Virus record (IMG/VR): IMGVR_UViG_3300031669_000001
Location: 281,070 to 345,069 of that record
Length of the DNA: 64,000 nucleotides
Reading direction: 5' to 3' (one strand)
Shown: positions 9,514 through 23,856 of the stretch, piece after piece
Layout of the letters: each line of letters opens with the position of its first letter
Numbering within the stretch: position 1 is the stretch's first letter
Notes under the pieces: model-generated
Database searches by the model: none
Told to the model about the DNA's origin: nothing
The model's input: the letters and a program-made list of their open reading frames with translations, nothing else
Made by a program: the position numbers and the translations under genes

Positions 9514-10224
9514 TCAGTTAACGATTCGTGAAGTGTTTGGTTGAAGCGTGTTACGTCTATTTAAACTTCCATCAGAATCCTTGAACCACGTCGTGTACAT
9601 GATCTGTTGACTCATTGTCTGTAGTTCATTAAATGCGTGGATTACAACTTCAAGTAACTTTTCAGGAGCTACAAAATTTCCAGATCCATCGTTGACGTCA
9701 AGCAAAAGTTTGTGCTTTACCTGGGACTTCTCAAACGCTCTAATGAAGTCCATCTGTTCTTCATCCTTCTTATCGAAGTTGAATGATAACCCATCGTCCT
9801 TGATGAAATCGAAAGATGAAGTGTGAAGAAGAACCAACAACGTGTTATCCAGAAAAGCTGGATAATTTTGCTCTAAGTTGAAAACGTAATCACCTGAATA
9901 ACCGCGGTAGCGATGAGAATAAACTGCTTCTCCGAGGTGAGCCCTGTTCATGATAAATGGAACATCAGTAGACAGCAGCTTCATCATGTCAATGAAAGAA
10001 GCTGCTTGATACAGTTTTTGTGCCAAAGATTTAACGTTTGCCCCATCATAATCATCCGGAACATTCAGGACTTGTCTAGCCTGCTTCACGTAATGATCTA
10101 GAATTTCAGGCTTTTGATAATGGATCTCTTGGAAGAACCCTAAGCGATTTTTGATGCCACTTATGAGCGTGTTCTTTCCAAGGCGATCGATGCCTTCGAT
10201 TATGATAGAATTTAGCATTGTCAA
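9514..10224 (-). CDS. Thymidylate-kinase-like dNMP kinase
   Basis: IIIEGIDRLGKNT P-loop; IMNRAHLGEAVY. Confidence 0.8.
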   Translation of the reverse strand: MTMLNSIIIEGIDRLGKNTLISGIKNRLGFFQEIHYQKPEILDHYVKQARQVLNVPDDYDGANVKSLAQKLYQAASFIDMMKLLSTDVPFIMNRAHLGEAVYSHRYRGYSGDYVFNLEQNYPAFLDNTLLVLLHTSSFDFIKDDGLSFNFDKKDEEQMDFIRAFEKSQVKHKLLLDVNDGSGNFVAPEKLLEVVIHAFNELQTMSQQIMYTTWFKDSDGSLNRRNTLQPNTSRIVN

Positions 10225-10584
10225 TTACATCTTTGTGCCAGGGCGTGCAAGCTTGATGTTGGATGTTTGTTCCAGGTAACCATCTTCAACAGCTTTTTCT
10301 GCTGGGTAAACGGCAGCTGCACAATTTGTGAGGTTGATGGTGAACATTCCATCTTGATTTCCGAGAGACCACGGGAAGAAGGCGATAGCCATTTCATTCT
10401 TGTTGATCTGTTGTGCAGTGATACCGCGAACTTTTTCAATCGTGATGTTGCCTTCTGGTTCCCAAGGACCTTTACCAGTGAATTGATAACCATCTTCTGA
10501 ACCACCAAGCAGTACCTTTTTGTCTTCAACCACGCGACCTAGAATTTCTTCACCACTGTTCAAACGTACGCATACTACTTTCAT
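10225..10584 (-). CDS. Sm-like fold phage protein
   Basis: VRLNSGEEILG start and FFPW, typical of T4-like Sm-like proteins. Confidence 0.6.
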   Translation of the reverse strand: MKVVCVRLNSGEEILGRVVEDKKVLLGGSEDGYQFTGKGPWEPEGNITIEKVRGITAQQINKNEMAIAFFPWSLGNQDGMFTINLTNCAAAVYPAEKAVEDGYLEQTSNIKLARPGTKM

Positions 10585-10617
10585 ATATTTCTCCTGTTAT
10601 TTGTTTGTTGTATTTTA

Positions 10618-10743
10618 TGTCGGCGCGAGCAGGATGCCGGTATTCACTTCGCTAATCTCGCGCTGCTCGGGCGTGGCATCTTTTTCCTCGACGATGCGCT
10701 GCACATCGCCCTGTGCGTCGCGCACGATGCGTCCGTAGCCGTG
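10618..10743 (-). pseudogene. glmU: GC-rich internal fragment of a bacterial glmU gene
   Basis: About 64% GC (77 of 120 bases at 10621-10740); reads [42 protein letters not shown]. Confidence 0.8.
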
Positions 10744-11614
10744 ATGTGAGCCAACGCGTAAATTCAAACTCTTGAGGGATAGCTTCGAATTGACAAGCTC
10801 TCAAGAACTTAACTTCCGCTGGACCACTGATAGGAGGACAAGAAATTTCCTCATAGGGATCTTTTTTGGTAGTTGGTAACGACAGAAAGTTTTCTCTATT
10901 TTCGATTGTCGATCCTGTGATCTTCTCAAGAAGCTCGAAGTGTCGTTCGTAAACGTGAAAAGAATCTGCAGAGTGATGATAGTTACCGTACTTCAACTCT
11001 GGATAAAATTCACGCAATGCATTGAGCACCATCTCATGAGTAAAACTGAAAGCTGGAGCATCATTTGCCATTCCATAGACAGAATCCTGTGAACGCATCC
11101 TAACGCTCATGTTCAGAAAGTTTTCACGAATCCTGAAGTTTAGCGCGTATGTACAAGGGACGTCATTAGTGTCGCTAAGAAGATGATCTCTGCTTAGAAT
11201 CGATATAGAAGCTCTGCGAGAATCTTTGTCATTCTTTAACTGATTGACGACGTTGTCAAATTGACTTACGGGAGTATCTCTGAAGATATATTGCCCGTAG
11301 TTTGAGTTTATGGATCCATCACGATTGATGAGATTGCCCCACATCTTTGCAAAGTCTGCTATGGAAGTATCAAACTTGTCACCTTTCAGGTACCAGAGAA
11401 ATTCTCTCTTGACGTAGTCTAACTTGAAGCCGCGAGATGCAAAGCTTGTGAATCGGACGAAAGGTGGAAGGTTGTAGGTATAGTTTTCTATTTCAATGGA
11501 CTTTTGACCTCGAGGAGATACTCTCTTTCCTCTTGCAATTAAGTCTTCATAGATGTTTCTAAATGTTGATTCGCTACTGACTACATTATCGTTGTGGTGT
11601 CCTGCATTTGACAT
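10652..11614 (-). CDS. Thymidylate-synthase-family enzyme, dCMP hydroxymethylase-like
   Basis: [36 protein letters not shown]; the Arg-rich C-terminal tail derives from the glmU fragment. Confidence 0.82.
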   Translation of the reverse strand: MSNAGHHNDNVVSSESTFRNIYEDLIARGKRVSPRGQKSIEIENYTYNLPPFVRFTSFASRGFKLDYVKREFLWYLKGDKFDTSIADFAKMWGNLINRDGSINSNYGQYIFRDTPVSQFDNVVNQLKNDKDSRRASISILSRDHLLSDTNDVPCTYALNFRIRENFLNMSVRMRSQDSVYGMANDAPAFSFTHEMVLNALREFYPELKYGNYHHSADSFHVYERHFELLEKITGSTIENRENFLSLPTTKKDPYEEISCPPISGPAEVKFLRACQFEAIPQEFEFTRWLTSRLRTHRARRTGRCAAHRRGKRCHARAARD

Positions 11615-11811
11615 TATTCATCCCATCCTGGATAAGGACCTAGTTTTATTGTTCTTGATTGATTTCCATCTTGCCTATTTTGGTATGTCGGGTATTTGAG
11701 GCATTATTTCAGGTGTTCTAAAGCATTCATTTGAATTTCCTTGATGTCGATCATTTCCATGATTTGATCAATTATAACTTCACTGTAGCAAGAAGTAAAT
11801 TATTCCTACAT

Positions 11812-12915
11812 TTATTTTGACAAAGATTTTGATAGATTTTTTGATAATTCATCTTCAATCAATTTAACATTTTTAATCAATCGGGCATCAGTTGGCTCAA
11901 ATTCAAGTGCTTTTTTTGCCAAAGTCAATGATTCTTCTTTAAGACCTAAATTATAAGCTGCTATAGCACAATAATCATAAGGAAAAGAATACCAAGCGGC
12001 GGGCTCACAAATATACGACATCGGCTTCTCGGTGATCTGCAACATTCGTTTCATGGCAAAGTAGAGACCATGCCAATTTTGCATCTGATAGTAAGTTTTT
12101 CCAAGGTCTAACCATGGCTCACGTTCACCAATAGCTTCAGCGCACGCTTTCAAACCCCAAATTTCAGCTTGCTTAACGTCACCCTTTTCAAGGTAGCATC
12201 TAGATAGGAATCTCATAGAAGCGCAACGCTCAGCATCCCACTTAGCACGTGGAAGAGATAGATGTCGCTTCAATTCATCGATAGCTTTGTCATACTGTTT
12301 GTAGTACATGTATTCTCGACCGAGATAGTGAGAATTTCTGTCATCTTCAGGTTCATCTCTACAACCCATCTCCAATAGAGGTAGGTAACTTCCTCTAGAC
12401 TTTGTTTTATCAGGATAATGAAAGAGCGTGAAGTCATGACAGTAAGTTTGAACTTCTTTGATGTCATAGTTGTGAAGAACTTCATGGACAGGTTTTACCC
12501 AACGATAACCTTTGCGAGAGTGAATCTTGTCATACCAAAAAGTGGTCCCAGGTCTACCATCTGGAAGAGTGTTCCAGACGTATTGATAGCGAAGTCTAGT
12601 TGTTTCAGGAGTCCATGCTTTTTCGATCGCAGCTCTCCAACCTGGTGTAAGAACCTCATCAAGATCGATACAGACGCAGACGTCTACATCTTCTGGAACG
12701 AACTGTAATGATGCATTACGAGGAATGTCAAACCTCCACGGCTTCATCTCGATCGAGTGAACTATCGCACCTTCATCCCGAAGCATCTGTACTGTGTTGT
12801 CTGTTGATCCGGTGTCAGCAACCACGATAAGGTCAGCTTCATCTTTGATAGAAGCCATGAAGCGCTTTACAAACTTTTCCTCATTCTTACAGATTGTGTA
12901 AACTGCTATCTTCAT
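11812..12915 (-). CDS. GT2 glycosyltransferase with TPR repeats
   Basis: YTICKNEE, DTGSTD, WRFD..RN, CIDLDE, VHE; helical repeats at the C-terminus. Confidence 0.9.
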   Translation of the reverse strand: MKIAVYTICKNEEKFVKRFMASIKDEADLIVVADTGSTDNTVQMLRDEGAIVHSIEMKPWRFDIPRNASLQFVPEDVDVCVCIDLDEVLTPGWRAAIEKAWTPETTRLRYQYVWNTLPDGRPGTTFWYDKIHSRKGYRWVKPVHEVLHNYDIKEVQTYCHDFTLFHYPDKTKSRGSYLPLLEMGCRDEPEDDRNSHYLGREYMYYKQYDKAIDELKRHLSLPRAKWDAERCASMRFLSRCYLEKGDVKQAEIWGLKACAEAIGEREPWLDLGKTYYQMQNWHGLYFAMKRMLQITEKPMSYICEPAAWYSFPYDYCAIAAYNLGLKEESLTLAKKALEFEPTDARLIKNVKLIEDELSKNLSKSLSK

Positions 12916-13931
12916 TTTGCTTCCTTTATCTGCTTTGTAAGTTGATCAAATCTTGTTCCCCAACAACCTGCGTTATATTCGTAGCCGTATGTACGCTCTG
13001 TGATCTTTGCTGCACGTTCCATTGTAGCAACAGCATCTGATTGTCGACCAGCTTCAAGATAAGTTTGTGCTAGATAAACAACGTATTCACGAACCTTAGG
13101 TGCATGCTTGACTACGTTCATCATGTTCATGATCGCCGAATCATAATCCTTCTGACGCTTGTTGATTCCAGAGAGTTGATAATGTAGAAAGGCCTTATCA
13201 GAATCAGGTAATGTGAGAGCATGCTCAATCGCTTCTGCCGCTTCTCGATAGAAACCTGCGTTGATATATTCACCTGCTAGAAATGAAAATGTCTTCCAAC
13301 GCTTCTTATCTTCGATAGCAGACTGTTTAAGCATCGTAAGATAACTTCCTCTATTCTTTGAGGTGTCTGGTTTTTGAGTCATTTGAATGTCTTTGAGCCA
13401 CCTAACTTCATCAGGCGTACCATCACACTTAACAATATGTTCGTGAACAGGAAGCTTCCACATATAACCATGTCGAGTGTGAATTCTTTCATGCCAATGT
13501 TCACTTACATTGCTGTTAGTTGTCTGCCAATCCCAGATCGTTCTGAACCTGTGGTGATAACGATCATGTGGTTTACCTCTAGCTGCGATATCTTCCTCAA
13601 CTGCAGTCTTTAAGATTTGGTACCAACCAGGCTCCAGCATCTCATCTGCATCAATGGAAACGCAAATATCAACATCACTTGGTAATGACATGAGAGCTGT
13701 ATTGCGCGCATCGTCGAAACGCCACGGACTAACGAATATATTTTTGACGATAAGATTTTTATGTTCTTTGCTTAAATCTGCTAAAATGTCGATTGTCTCA
13801 TCTTTTGATCCAGTATCACAAATTACGATGGAATCAGCTTCTTTTATCGATTCATAACAACGTTTTATGAATTCTTTTTCATCTTTGCAGATCATGTAAA
13901 TGCCTATCTTTACTGTCATTAAATTCTCCAT
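12912..13931 (-). CDS. GT2 glycosyltransferase with TPR repeats (paralog)
   Basis: YMICKDE, DTGSKD, WRFDDARN, SIDADE, VHE. Confidence 0.9.
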   Translation of the reverse strand: MENLMTVKIGIYMICKDEKEFIKRCYESIKEADSIVICDTGSKDETIDILADLSKEHKNLIVKNIFVSPWRFDDARNTALMSLPSDVDICVSIDADEMLEPGWYQILKTAVEEDIAARGKPHDRYHHRFRTIWDWQTTNSNVSEHWHERIHTRHGYMWKLPVHEHIVKCDGTPDEVRWLKDIQMTQKPDTSKNRGSYLTMLKQSAIEDKKRWKTFSFLAGEYINAGFYREAAEAIEHALTLPDSDKAFLHYQLSGINKRQKDYDSAIMNMMNVVKHAPKVREYVVYLAQTYLEAGRQSDAVATMERAAKITERTYGYEYNAGCWGTRFDQLTKQIKEAK

Positions 13932-13997
13932 GCATAAATATAGAAATGATTGTATCTCATCTTAATGAATTTGAACATTTTCTAGAAAGCGTCGTCG

Positions 13998-18230
<4,233 letters not shown>

Positions 18231-18231
18231 C

Positions 18232-19116
18232 ATGCCATTCTTATCTACTTTCGGCACGGCATCTGTTGGAGGTTTTCGTAAAAATAATTTACTGAAACTT
18301 CCTTCAAGTATTACATATTTGATTGTTGCAGGTGGAGGCGGCGGTGCTAAAGATAATTATTCTGGTGGTAGAGGTGCTGGAGGCGGTGGTGCTGGTGGAT
18401 TATTGACGGGTGTAACATCCATTTCTCCCGCTACTTCATACCCTATAACAGTGGGAGCTGGTGGAGCTGGAGCAAATTCTTTAAATGGTTCAAATGGAAC
18501 GAATTCTGTTTTTAATTCATTCATTGCGATAGGAGGCGGTGGAGGCGGTGGAGATAATAGTTCAGGAACACCTTACAATGGTTTAGCAGGAGGTTCAGGA
18601 GGCGGTGCAAGTCAGGGATCACCAGGTCAAACAGGTGGAGCAGGAACAGCTGGTCAAGGAAATGCAGGCGGTAACTCTCCAACAAATTCTCCACCATACT
18701 GTGGAGCTGGTGGAGGTGGAGCTGGTGCCGTTGGATCCAACGGAGGATCATCAATAGGTAATGGAGGTATAGGATTATCGAGTTCTATAAGTGGAGTGTC
18801 GACGTACTATGCAGGCGGTGGTGGAAGTAACAGCGGTCAAGGCGCAACCCCAGGTACTGGAGGAACCGGCGGAGGAGGAACCGGCGGACTTTATGGCGGT
18901 AGTGTAAATGGCATTTCAGGTACTGCAAACACTGGTGGAGGCGGTGGAGGTGGAGCTTACGGTGGTAACGGTGGTAACGGTGGTTCAGGCATTGTTATCT
19001 TAAGCTTCTCTAATAATAGCTCTTTACCAACTAATGTAACAGGATCTCCAACGATAACAAATGTCGGTGGAAATTACATCTACACCTGGACTACTAACGG
19101 TTCCATACAATGGTAA
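18232..19116 (+). CDS. Glycine-rich virion/tail accessory protein
   Basis: YLIVAGGGGG ... GGSGIVI ... YIYTWT glycine-rich domain pattern. Confidence 0.8.
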   Translation: MPFLSTFGTASVGGFRKNNLLKLPSSITYLIVAGGGGGAKDNYSGGRGAGGGGAGGLLTGVTSISPATSYPITVGAGGAGANSLNGSNGTNSVFNSFIAIGGGGGGGDNSSGTPYNGLAGGSGGGASQGSPGQTGGAGTAGQGNAGGNSPTNSPPYCGAGGGGAGAVGSNGGSSIGNGGIGLSSSISGVSTYYAGGGGSNSGQGATPGTGGTGGGGTGGLYGGSVNGISGTANTGGGGGGGAYGGNGGNGGSGIVILSFSNNSSLPTNVTGSPTITNVGGNYIYTWTTNGSIQW

Positions 19117-19143
19117 AATCATAAATAAGTCAAGGAACTCAAT

Positions 19144-21282
19144 ATGACAGTAACTAGCACAACTTTAGGCCCTAACACTGTAAACATCAACATCTCTGGT
19201 GAGTATAATGTTGGAAATATCATCAACGCGATAGACAACGTGTTGACTACTCATAGTTGGGCCCAATTTGATCTCATCACTCCAACAAATGCATCCTACG
19301 CATACCAACGAATCTACAGGTCAACAAACGTAGATGGCACTTTCAAGTACATGCAGCTCTTCTTCTATCCCTGGAAACACAAGATCTTCATCGATTTCTT
19401 TGAGTCGTGGAACGCGACTACTCACGTCGGTACAAATCAATGTTACATGGGTCCAATGGACATAGGTGCTAGCATAGATTATGGACAAACAGCTTGTAAT
19501 ATCTTAATCATGGCAAATTCTCATTGGTGCGTGATGATGTCAAGCTTCACATTGTCATATTCATCAATGACAGCAGATGCTCAATTTGGGCCTTGGGTCG
19601 GTTGCTTTGAAGTAACAAGAGACGCGTTAGAAGATACAATAGCTAATGGAATTCCATGTTGGTTTGCTACTACATCTTTAAAGTTGGCGAACGGTGGAAC
19701 TACTGGAAACAATGGAACAATTCTTGAGAGCGGGTACAATGGAACCGCGCAATTTGCAGTGAGCTTTCCACGCACAAGCTTAGGAACAGGATACACTGCA
19801 TCTATGCACTCTGGTTCAGTGACGCCTTATTTTAGCTCTGGTTGTCCAAATAACAATGCATCAATAGGTGCAATCCTTGGTAACGTGCTAGGTACGGCTT
19901 CAGCATTTTTTAATAATGGTGGAAATTATGCTTGGGATTTTACTAAAAAGATAGCAAGCTTGTTTAGAGTTAACGTTGGCGCTGAACTTCATGGAACAGT
20001 GATCGGTGCAAAGTTGATGTCTAATCAATTTTCTACTCAGGCAAAGGTAACGATGCCTCTTGATGCAAATTACATTTACAGCTCAGTTGGAACGCCCACG
20101 GATCATGTAGTGTTACCTCTTCAAGTTCAAACTTATCGACAGTTAACTATCAACAATCTTCATCAATATAATACAATCAGCGCTGTAGGATTTTCAAATT
20201 CATCGATGACTTACTTCAAAAATATCTTCCTAGCACCAAATGGATATTATTATGTTTGCACGGGTGCATCGATCTACAAGATAAATCCGATATCAGTGCA
20301 AACGCTCGTCATCAGTGGGTTACCTGGTAACTTGATAGATTCCTGTTTTGACGGTCGTTACATTTATACAGTTTCTAACTCTGCTAATGGAAGCGTTTAT
20401 ACCATTGACACCCAAAACTTTGACTCTGTCATCACCAATACAACGGTGGGTGCAAATTTAACGCCTTATAGCATCTGCTGCGATGACGTAAACATTTGGG
20501 TAGGTTGTAGAAATTCCGTTGGACCTGCCATCAATGTTGTCCAAATTACAAAATCTTCGCCAACAGCGGTAGCTTTTACTACCGCCTGTGCAAATTCTGC
20601 ATCGGTTTCTTACCCTCTAACCGTGATACCTGATAATGATGGAAATTGCTTCACAATTGGATCACAGAATATTTGGACAAGTAATAATACTAATGTCCAA
20701 AATTATTCTTGGAAGATAGCCCCAGGTGGTACTACAACGTCTCTATCTAGCGGCGTGTGGAGCCAGATGTGTGGTCAAATGTTAGTAGGTCCAAGAAAGA
20801 TTTTAACCTTTGGCGCGTCAACGTACTCAAACTTTAATTTAATGCTTGTATCATCGCAAACTTTGTCAACAGATACTCTTACACAAAGCACTAGCATTTG
20901 TATGCAAACGTCAGGTTCAAACTATTTCACGAATACAGTAGGCGGTAATAATACAACTACAGGTAATCTTCAAACGATGGCATTAAATCACCCGATAAAG
21001 TTGAGCACGTATGGAAGTACAGTCCTGCTCAATCAAAGTGGTGGTACCTATGGAACTGCTATGTACGTAAATACTGCAGTCAACTCAAACTTAGTGTTCA
21101 ACACTCAAACTTATTTGAATGATCAAACTGTCCAGAGTTGGCAAGGTTTTGGAGAGATGAAGTACAATCAATGGTTTGGATTGAGTGGAAATGGTGGTGG
21201 CTCGCTGGTCGCAGTTTATAACATTTTTAGAGCAGACGACATCAACAGTTACGCATCAGGAAGAATGATCTTACCGTATTAA
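19144..21282 (+). CDS. Putative tail fibre / receptor-binding protein (paralog 1)
   Basis: 712 aa, Thr/Asn/Ser-rich with beta-propeller-like repeats; CATAAATA at 19120-19127. Confidence 0.7.
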   Translation: MTVTSTTLGPNTVNINISGEYNVGNIINAIDNVLTTHSWAQFDLITPTNASYAYQRIYRSTNVDGTFKYMQLFFYPWKHKIFIDFFESWNATTHVGTNQCYMGPMDIGASIDYGQTACNILIMANSHWCVMMSSFTLSYSSMTADAQFGPWVGCFEVTRDALEDTIANGIPCWFATTSLKLANGGTTGNNGTILESGYNGTAQFAVSFPRTSLGTGYTASMHSGSVTPYFSSGCPNNNASIGAILGNVLGTASAFFNNGGNYAWDFTKKIASLFRVNVGAELHGTVIGAKLMSNQFSTQAKVTMPLDANYIYSSVGTPTDHVVLPLQVQTYRQLTINNLHQYNTISAVGFSNSSMTYFKNIFLAPNGYYYVCTGASIYKINPISVQTLVISGLPGNLIDSCFDGRYIYTVSNSANGSVYTIDTQNFDSVITNTTVGANLTPYSICCDDVNIWVGCRNSVGPAINVVQITKSSPTAVAFTTACANSASVSYPLTVIPDNDGNCFTIGSQNIWTSNNTNVQNYSWKIAPGGTTTSLSSGVWSQMCGQMLVGPRKILTFGASTYSNFNLMLVSSQTLSTDTLTQSTSICMQTSGSNYFTNTVGGNNTTTGNLQTMALNHPIKLSTYGSTVLLNQSGGTYGTAMYVNTAVNSNLVFNTQTYLNDQTVQSWQGFGEMKYNQWFGLSGNGGGSLVAVYNIFRADDINSYASGRMILPY

Positions 21283-21294
21283 CAGGAGCAACAA

Positions 21295-23373
21295 ATGACA
21301 ATAACAAGTACCAGCATCGGCACAAACTCCATCGACATCAACATAAACGGTGAGTTAAACTCTGGCGGAATCATCACTGCAGTAGACGCAGCTCTTGTAG
21401 CTCAAGGATGGGCACAATTCGACTTGATCACCCCTACTGGCGCGGCTTTCGCATACCAACGAATCTACAGGTCAACGAACATTGATGGAAGCACCTACAA
21501 GTACATGCAGCTCTTCTTCTATCCTTCAGAAACAAAAATCTTCATCGATTTCTTTGAGTCGTGGAACGCGACTACTCACGTCGGTACAAATCAATGCTTT
21601 TGGGGTCCGATGGACGTAGGTGCATTTGTACAATATTCTTACGCGCTGTGTGACATCATCATCTTGGTATCCCCTCGGTGGGTAGTGTTCCAAACTTTCA
21701 TTAACAATGAACCAGGACCTTGGGTAGGTGCTTTTGAATGTGAACGTGATGCGCCTGAAGATACTCTGTTAGCAGGATTCCCTGCATGGTTTGCAACAAC
21801 TTCTTACATGTTGGGAAGTGGCGCTTCTTGTTACGGTCTTGAATCTGGCGTAGCTGGACAAGCTTCATATAGTGTAGCTTTTCCAAGAAACAATTATGGA
21901 ACGGGATACTTGGCATCGATGTATTCTGGAGTAACTACACCTTATTATGGATCTGGTTCAGTGAGTACAGCAAATCCAGCTACGTGGGCAAGTAATCTCG
22001 CTTCATCTACAGCATCATTTGGAAATTACGCGTGGAATACCGCTAATAAAATTGTTTGTGCATTTAGACCTCGCGTTCAAGCTGAGATTCATGGACGTGC
22101 GATAGGACCAAAAATTACAGGCGGTGCTTATTCTATCTACAACAAGATAAACATGAACGTAGATGCAAGTTACATGTGGGTATCTACAGGTGGAACATCA
22201 ACGGATCATTGGGTTCTTCCTCTTCACAATTTTACATATCGCGGTCCAACACAAACTGTAAACATTCCTCATGCCAGCCTCACGATGATTACAAATTCTA
22301 CAACGATGTACAGGAAGATTTATCTTGCACAAAATGGATATTATTACGCGTTGGCAATCACTGGAGCTCTACATAAGATCAATGTAACTACTTTAGTATT
22401 GAGCGTTGTTGCAAGCACTGGTAACTTGACAGATATATGTTATGATGGACAGTACATCTGGGGTGCAGTGTACGCTGCAAATGGAACATTAATGCAGATA
22501 GATACCAATAACTCTGATACAGTTACTATAGGGGCTGCAGTTGGAGCATCAATGTCGCCTGTATCCATCGCATGTGATGATACAAATATTTGGATTGGTT
22601 GTTATTTCGCTGGGCAAGCAAAGGTGGTGCAGATAGTAAAAGCTACACCATCTGCCGTCGCTTTTACAACATCTTTAACTGGTGCTACCTCAACTCCTTA
22701 TCCAATATCTATCATCGTAGATAATGATGGAAATGCTATGGTTGGAACATCTAATATCTTTTCTAGTGCAAGTCAAAATTTTGGTATAACTTACACTAAC
22801 TTTTTCCAAGTTAAACCAGGTGGAACACAAGTAGCTTTTGGTTTGACTGGACAAGCAGATTGTCAAGGTGTTTTGATGATTGCACCAAGAAAATGTTTGT
22901 TAGTTGATCAATCAAACACTAATAATTCTTCTACTTCATTGTCAGCATATACAGTAAGCACTGATACTAGCACCTTAAGCATCAACATAATTCAAACGCT
23001 AGTAGCAGTTAGCAGTTTGAATAATACTCTTCAATGGTGTGCTAATACAATATCTAATACTAATATGAAGATTAGCATGATAGGTGGAATTCCAAATTGC
23101 ATGTTTGCATCTACTCAAGGTTTAACAAACTTAGGTACATTTTATGTTAACACTCCAATTCACGGTAATGTACCTATAACAGCTATCGCTACTTATATTG
23201 ATTTAGTTTCATCAGAAATAACCACTCCCGTTTGGGGTGAATTTAAGTACAACATGTACTATGGAACTAATAACGTAAATCTTTACGTTTCGACCAGCGT
23301 CTGGCGCGCTGATGATGGATATGCTACAACGGTCGGCGCGGTTGGTGCTGGTCGATTGTTGTTGCCAGTATAA
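21295..23373 (+). CDS. Putative tail fibre / receptor-binding protein (paralog 2)
   Basis: Colinear with 19144-21282 (WAQFDLITPT, KIFIDFFESWNATTHVGTNQC, DHxVLPL). Confidence 0.7.
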   Translation: MTITSTSIGTNSIDININGELNSGGIITAVDAALVAQGWAQFDLITPTGAAFAYQRIYRSTNIDGSTYKYMQLFFYPSETKIFIDFFESWNATTHVGTNQCFWGPMDVGAFVQYSYALCDIIILVSPRWVVFQTFINNEPGPWVGAFECERDAPEDTLLAGFPAWFATTSYMLGSGASCYGLESGVAGQASYSVAFPRNNYGTGYLASMYSGVTTPYYGSGSVSTANPATWASNLASSTASFGNYAWNTANKIVCAFRPRVQAEIHGRAIGPKITGGAYSIYNKINMNVDASYMWVSTGGTSTDHWVLPLHNFTYRGPTQTVNIPHASLTMITNSTTMYRKIYLAQNGYYYALAITGALHKINVTTLVLSVVASTGNLTDICYDGQYIWGAVYAANGTLMQIDTNNSDTVTIGAAVGASMSPVSIACDDTNIWIGCYFAGQAKVVQIVKATPSAVAFTTSLTGATSTPYPISIIVDNDGNAMVGTSNIFSSASQNFGITYTNFFQVKPGGTQVAFGLTGQADCQGVLMIAPRKCLLVDQSNTNNSSTSLSAYTVSTDTSTLSINIIQTLVAVSSLNNTLQWCANTISNTNMKISMIGGIPNCMFASTQGLTNLGTFYVNTPIHGNVPITAIATYIDLVSSEITTPVWGEFKYNMYYGTNNVNLYVSTSVWRADDGYATTVGAVGAGRLLLPV

Positions 23374-23374
23374 C

Positions 23375-23653
23375 ATGATCAACGTTACTACTTACGTTAC
23401 TGATACAGTTGAAGATTTTGCTGCGATAATTGTCACAGGTGAATTTTCACACAGTTTACAGTGGATTTTTGCAAACGGGGCGTCATTAAATATACAAGGA
23501 ATCAGTGACTTTATAAATTTAGCGATTACACCAGATGCAGCTCAAGCCGTTGCTCGTCCGATAGGAACAGGTTTCTTTGGAAGAGTTGCGGAAACTGTAT
23601 CAGATTTGATAACTGGAACAGGTGCGGGTGTGCTGACACAAAGATGGTCTTAA
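23375..23653 (+). CDS. Hypothetical protein, structural operon
   Basis: ATG one base after the previous stop codon. Confidence 0.6.
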   Translation: MINVTTYVTDTVEDFAAIIVTGEFSHSLQWIFANGASLNIQGISDFINLAITPDAAQAVARPIGTGFFGRVAETVSDLITGTGAGVLTQRWS

Positions 23654-23670
23654 ATTAAAGAGGAGAAAAT

Positions 23671-23856
23671 ATGGCAATATCTTACGATCAAGCAAAAACT
23701 ATGATGAATGTACCATACATCTATTACGATGTTCCTGCAACTTATAACCCGATTCAACATCACTACATGATTTATGATGGTACAAAAATCATACTCGGTT
23801 TTGCGCAATCAGAAGATGCATTAGCAAGCTATCAACTTCAAGCTCCACCTCCTTAA
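23671..23856 (+). CDS. Hypothetical protein
   Basis: Strong SD GAGGAG. Confidence 0.65.
   Translation: MAISYDQAKTMMNVPYIYYDVPATYNPIQHHYMIYDGTKIILGFAQSEDALASYQLQAPPP

Noticed and set aside
11620-11765. Degenerate ORF remnant upstream of the TS-family gene
   Set aside because: Short fragments with stop codons; no family could be supported.
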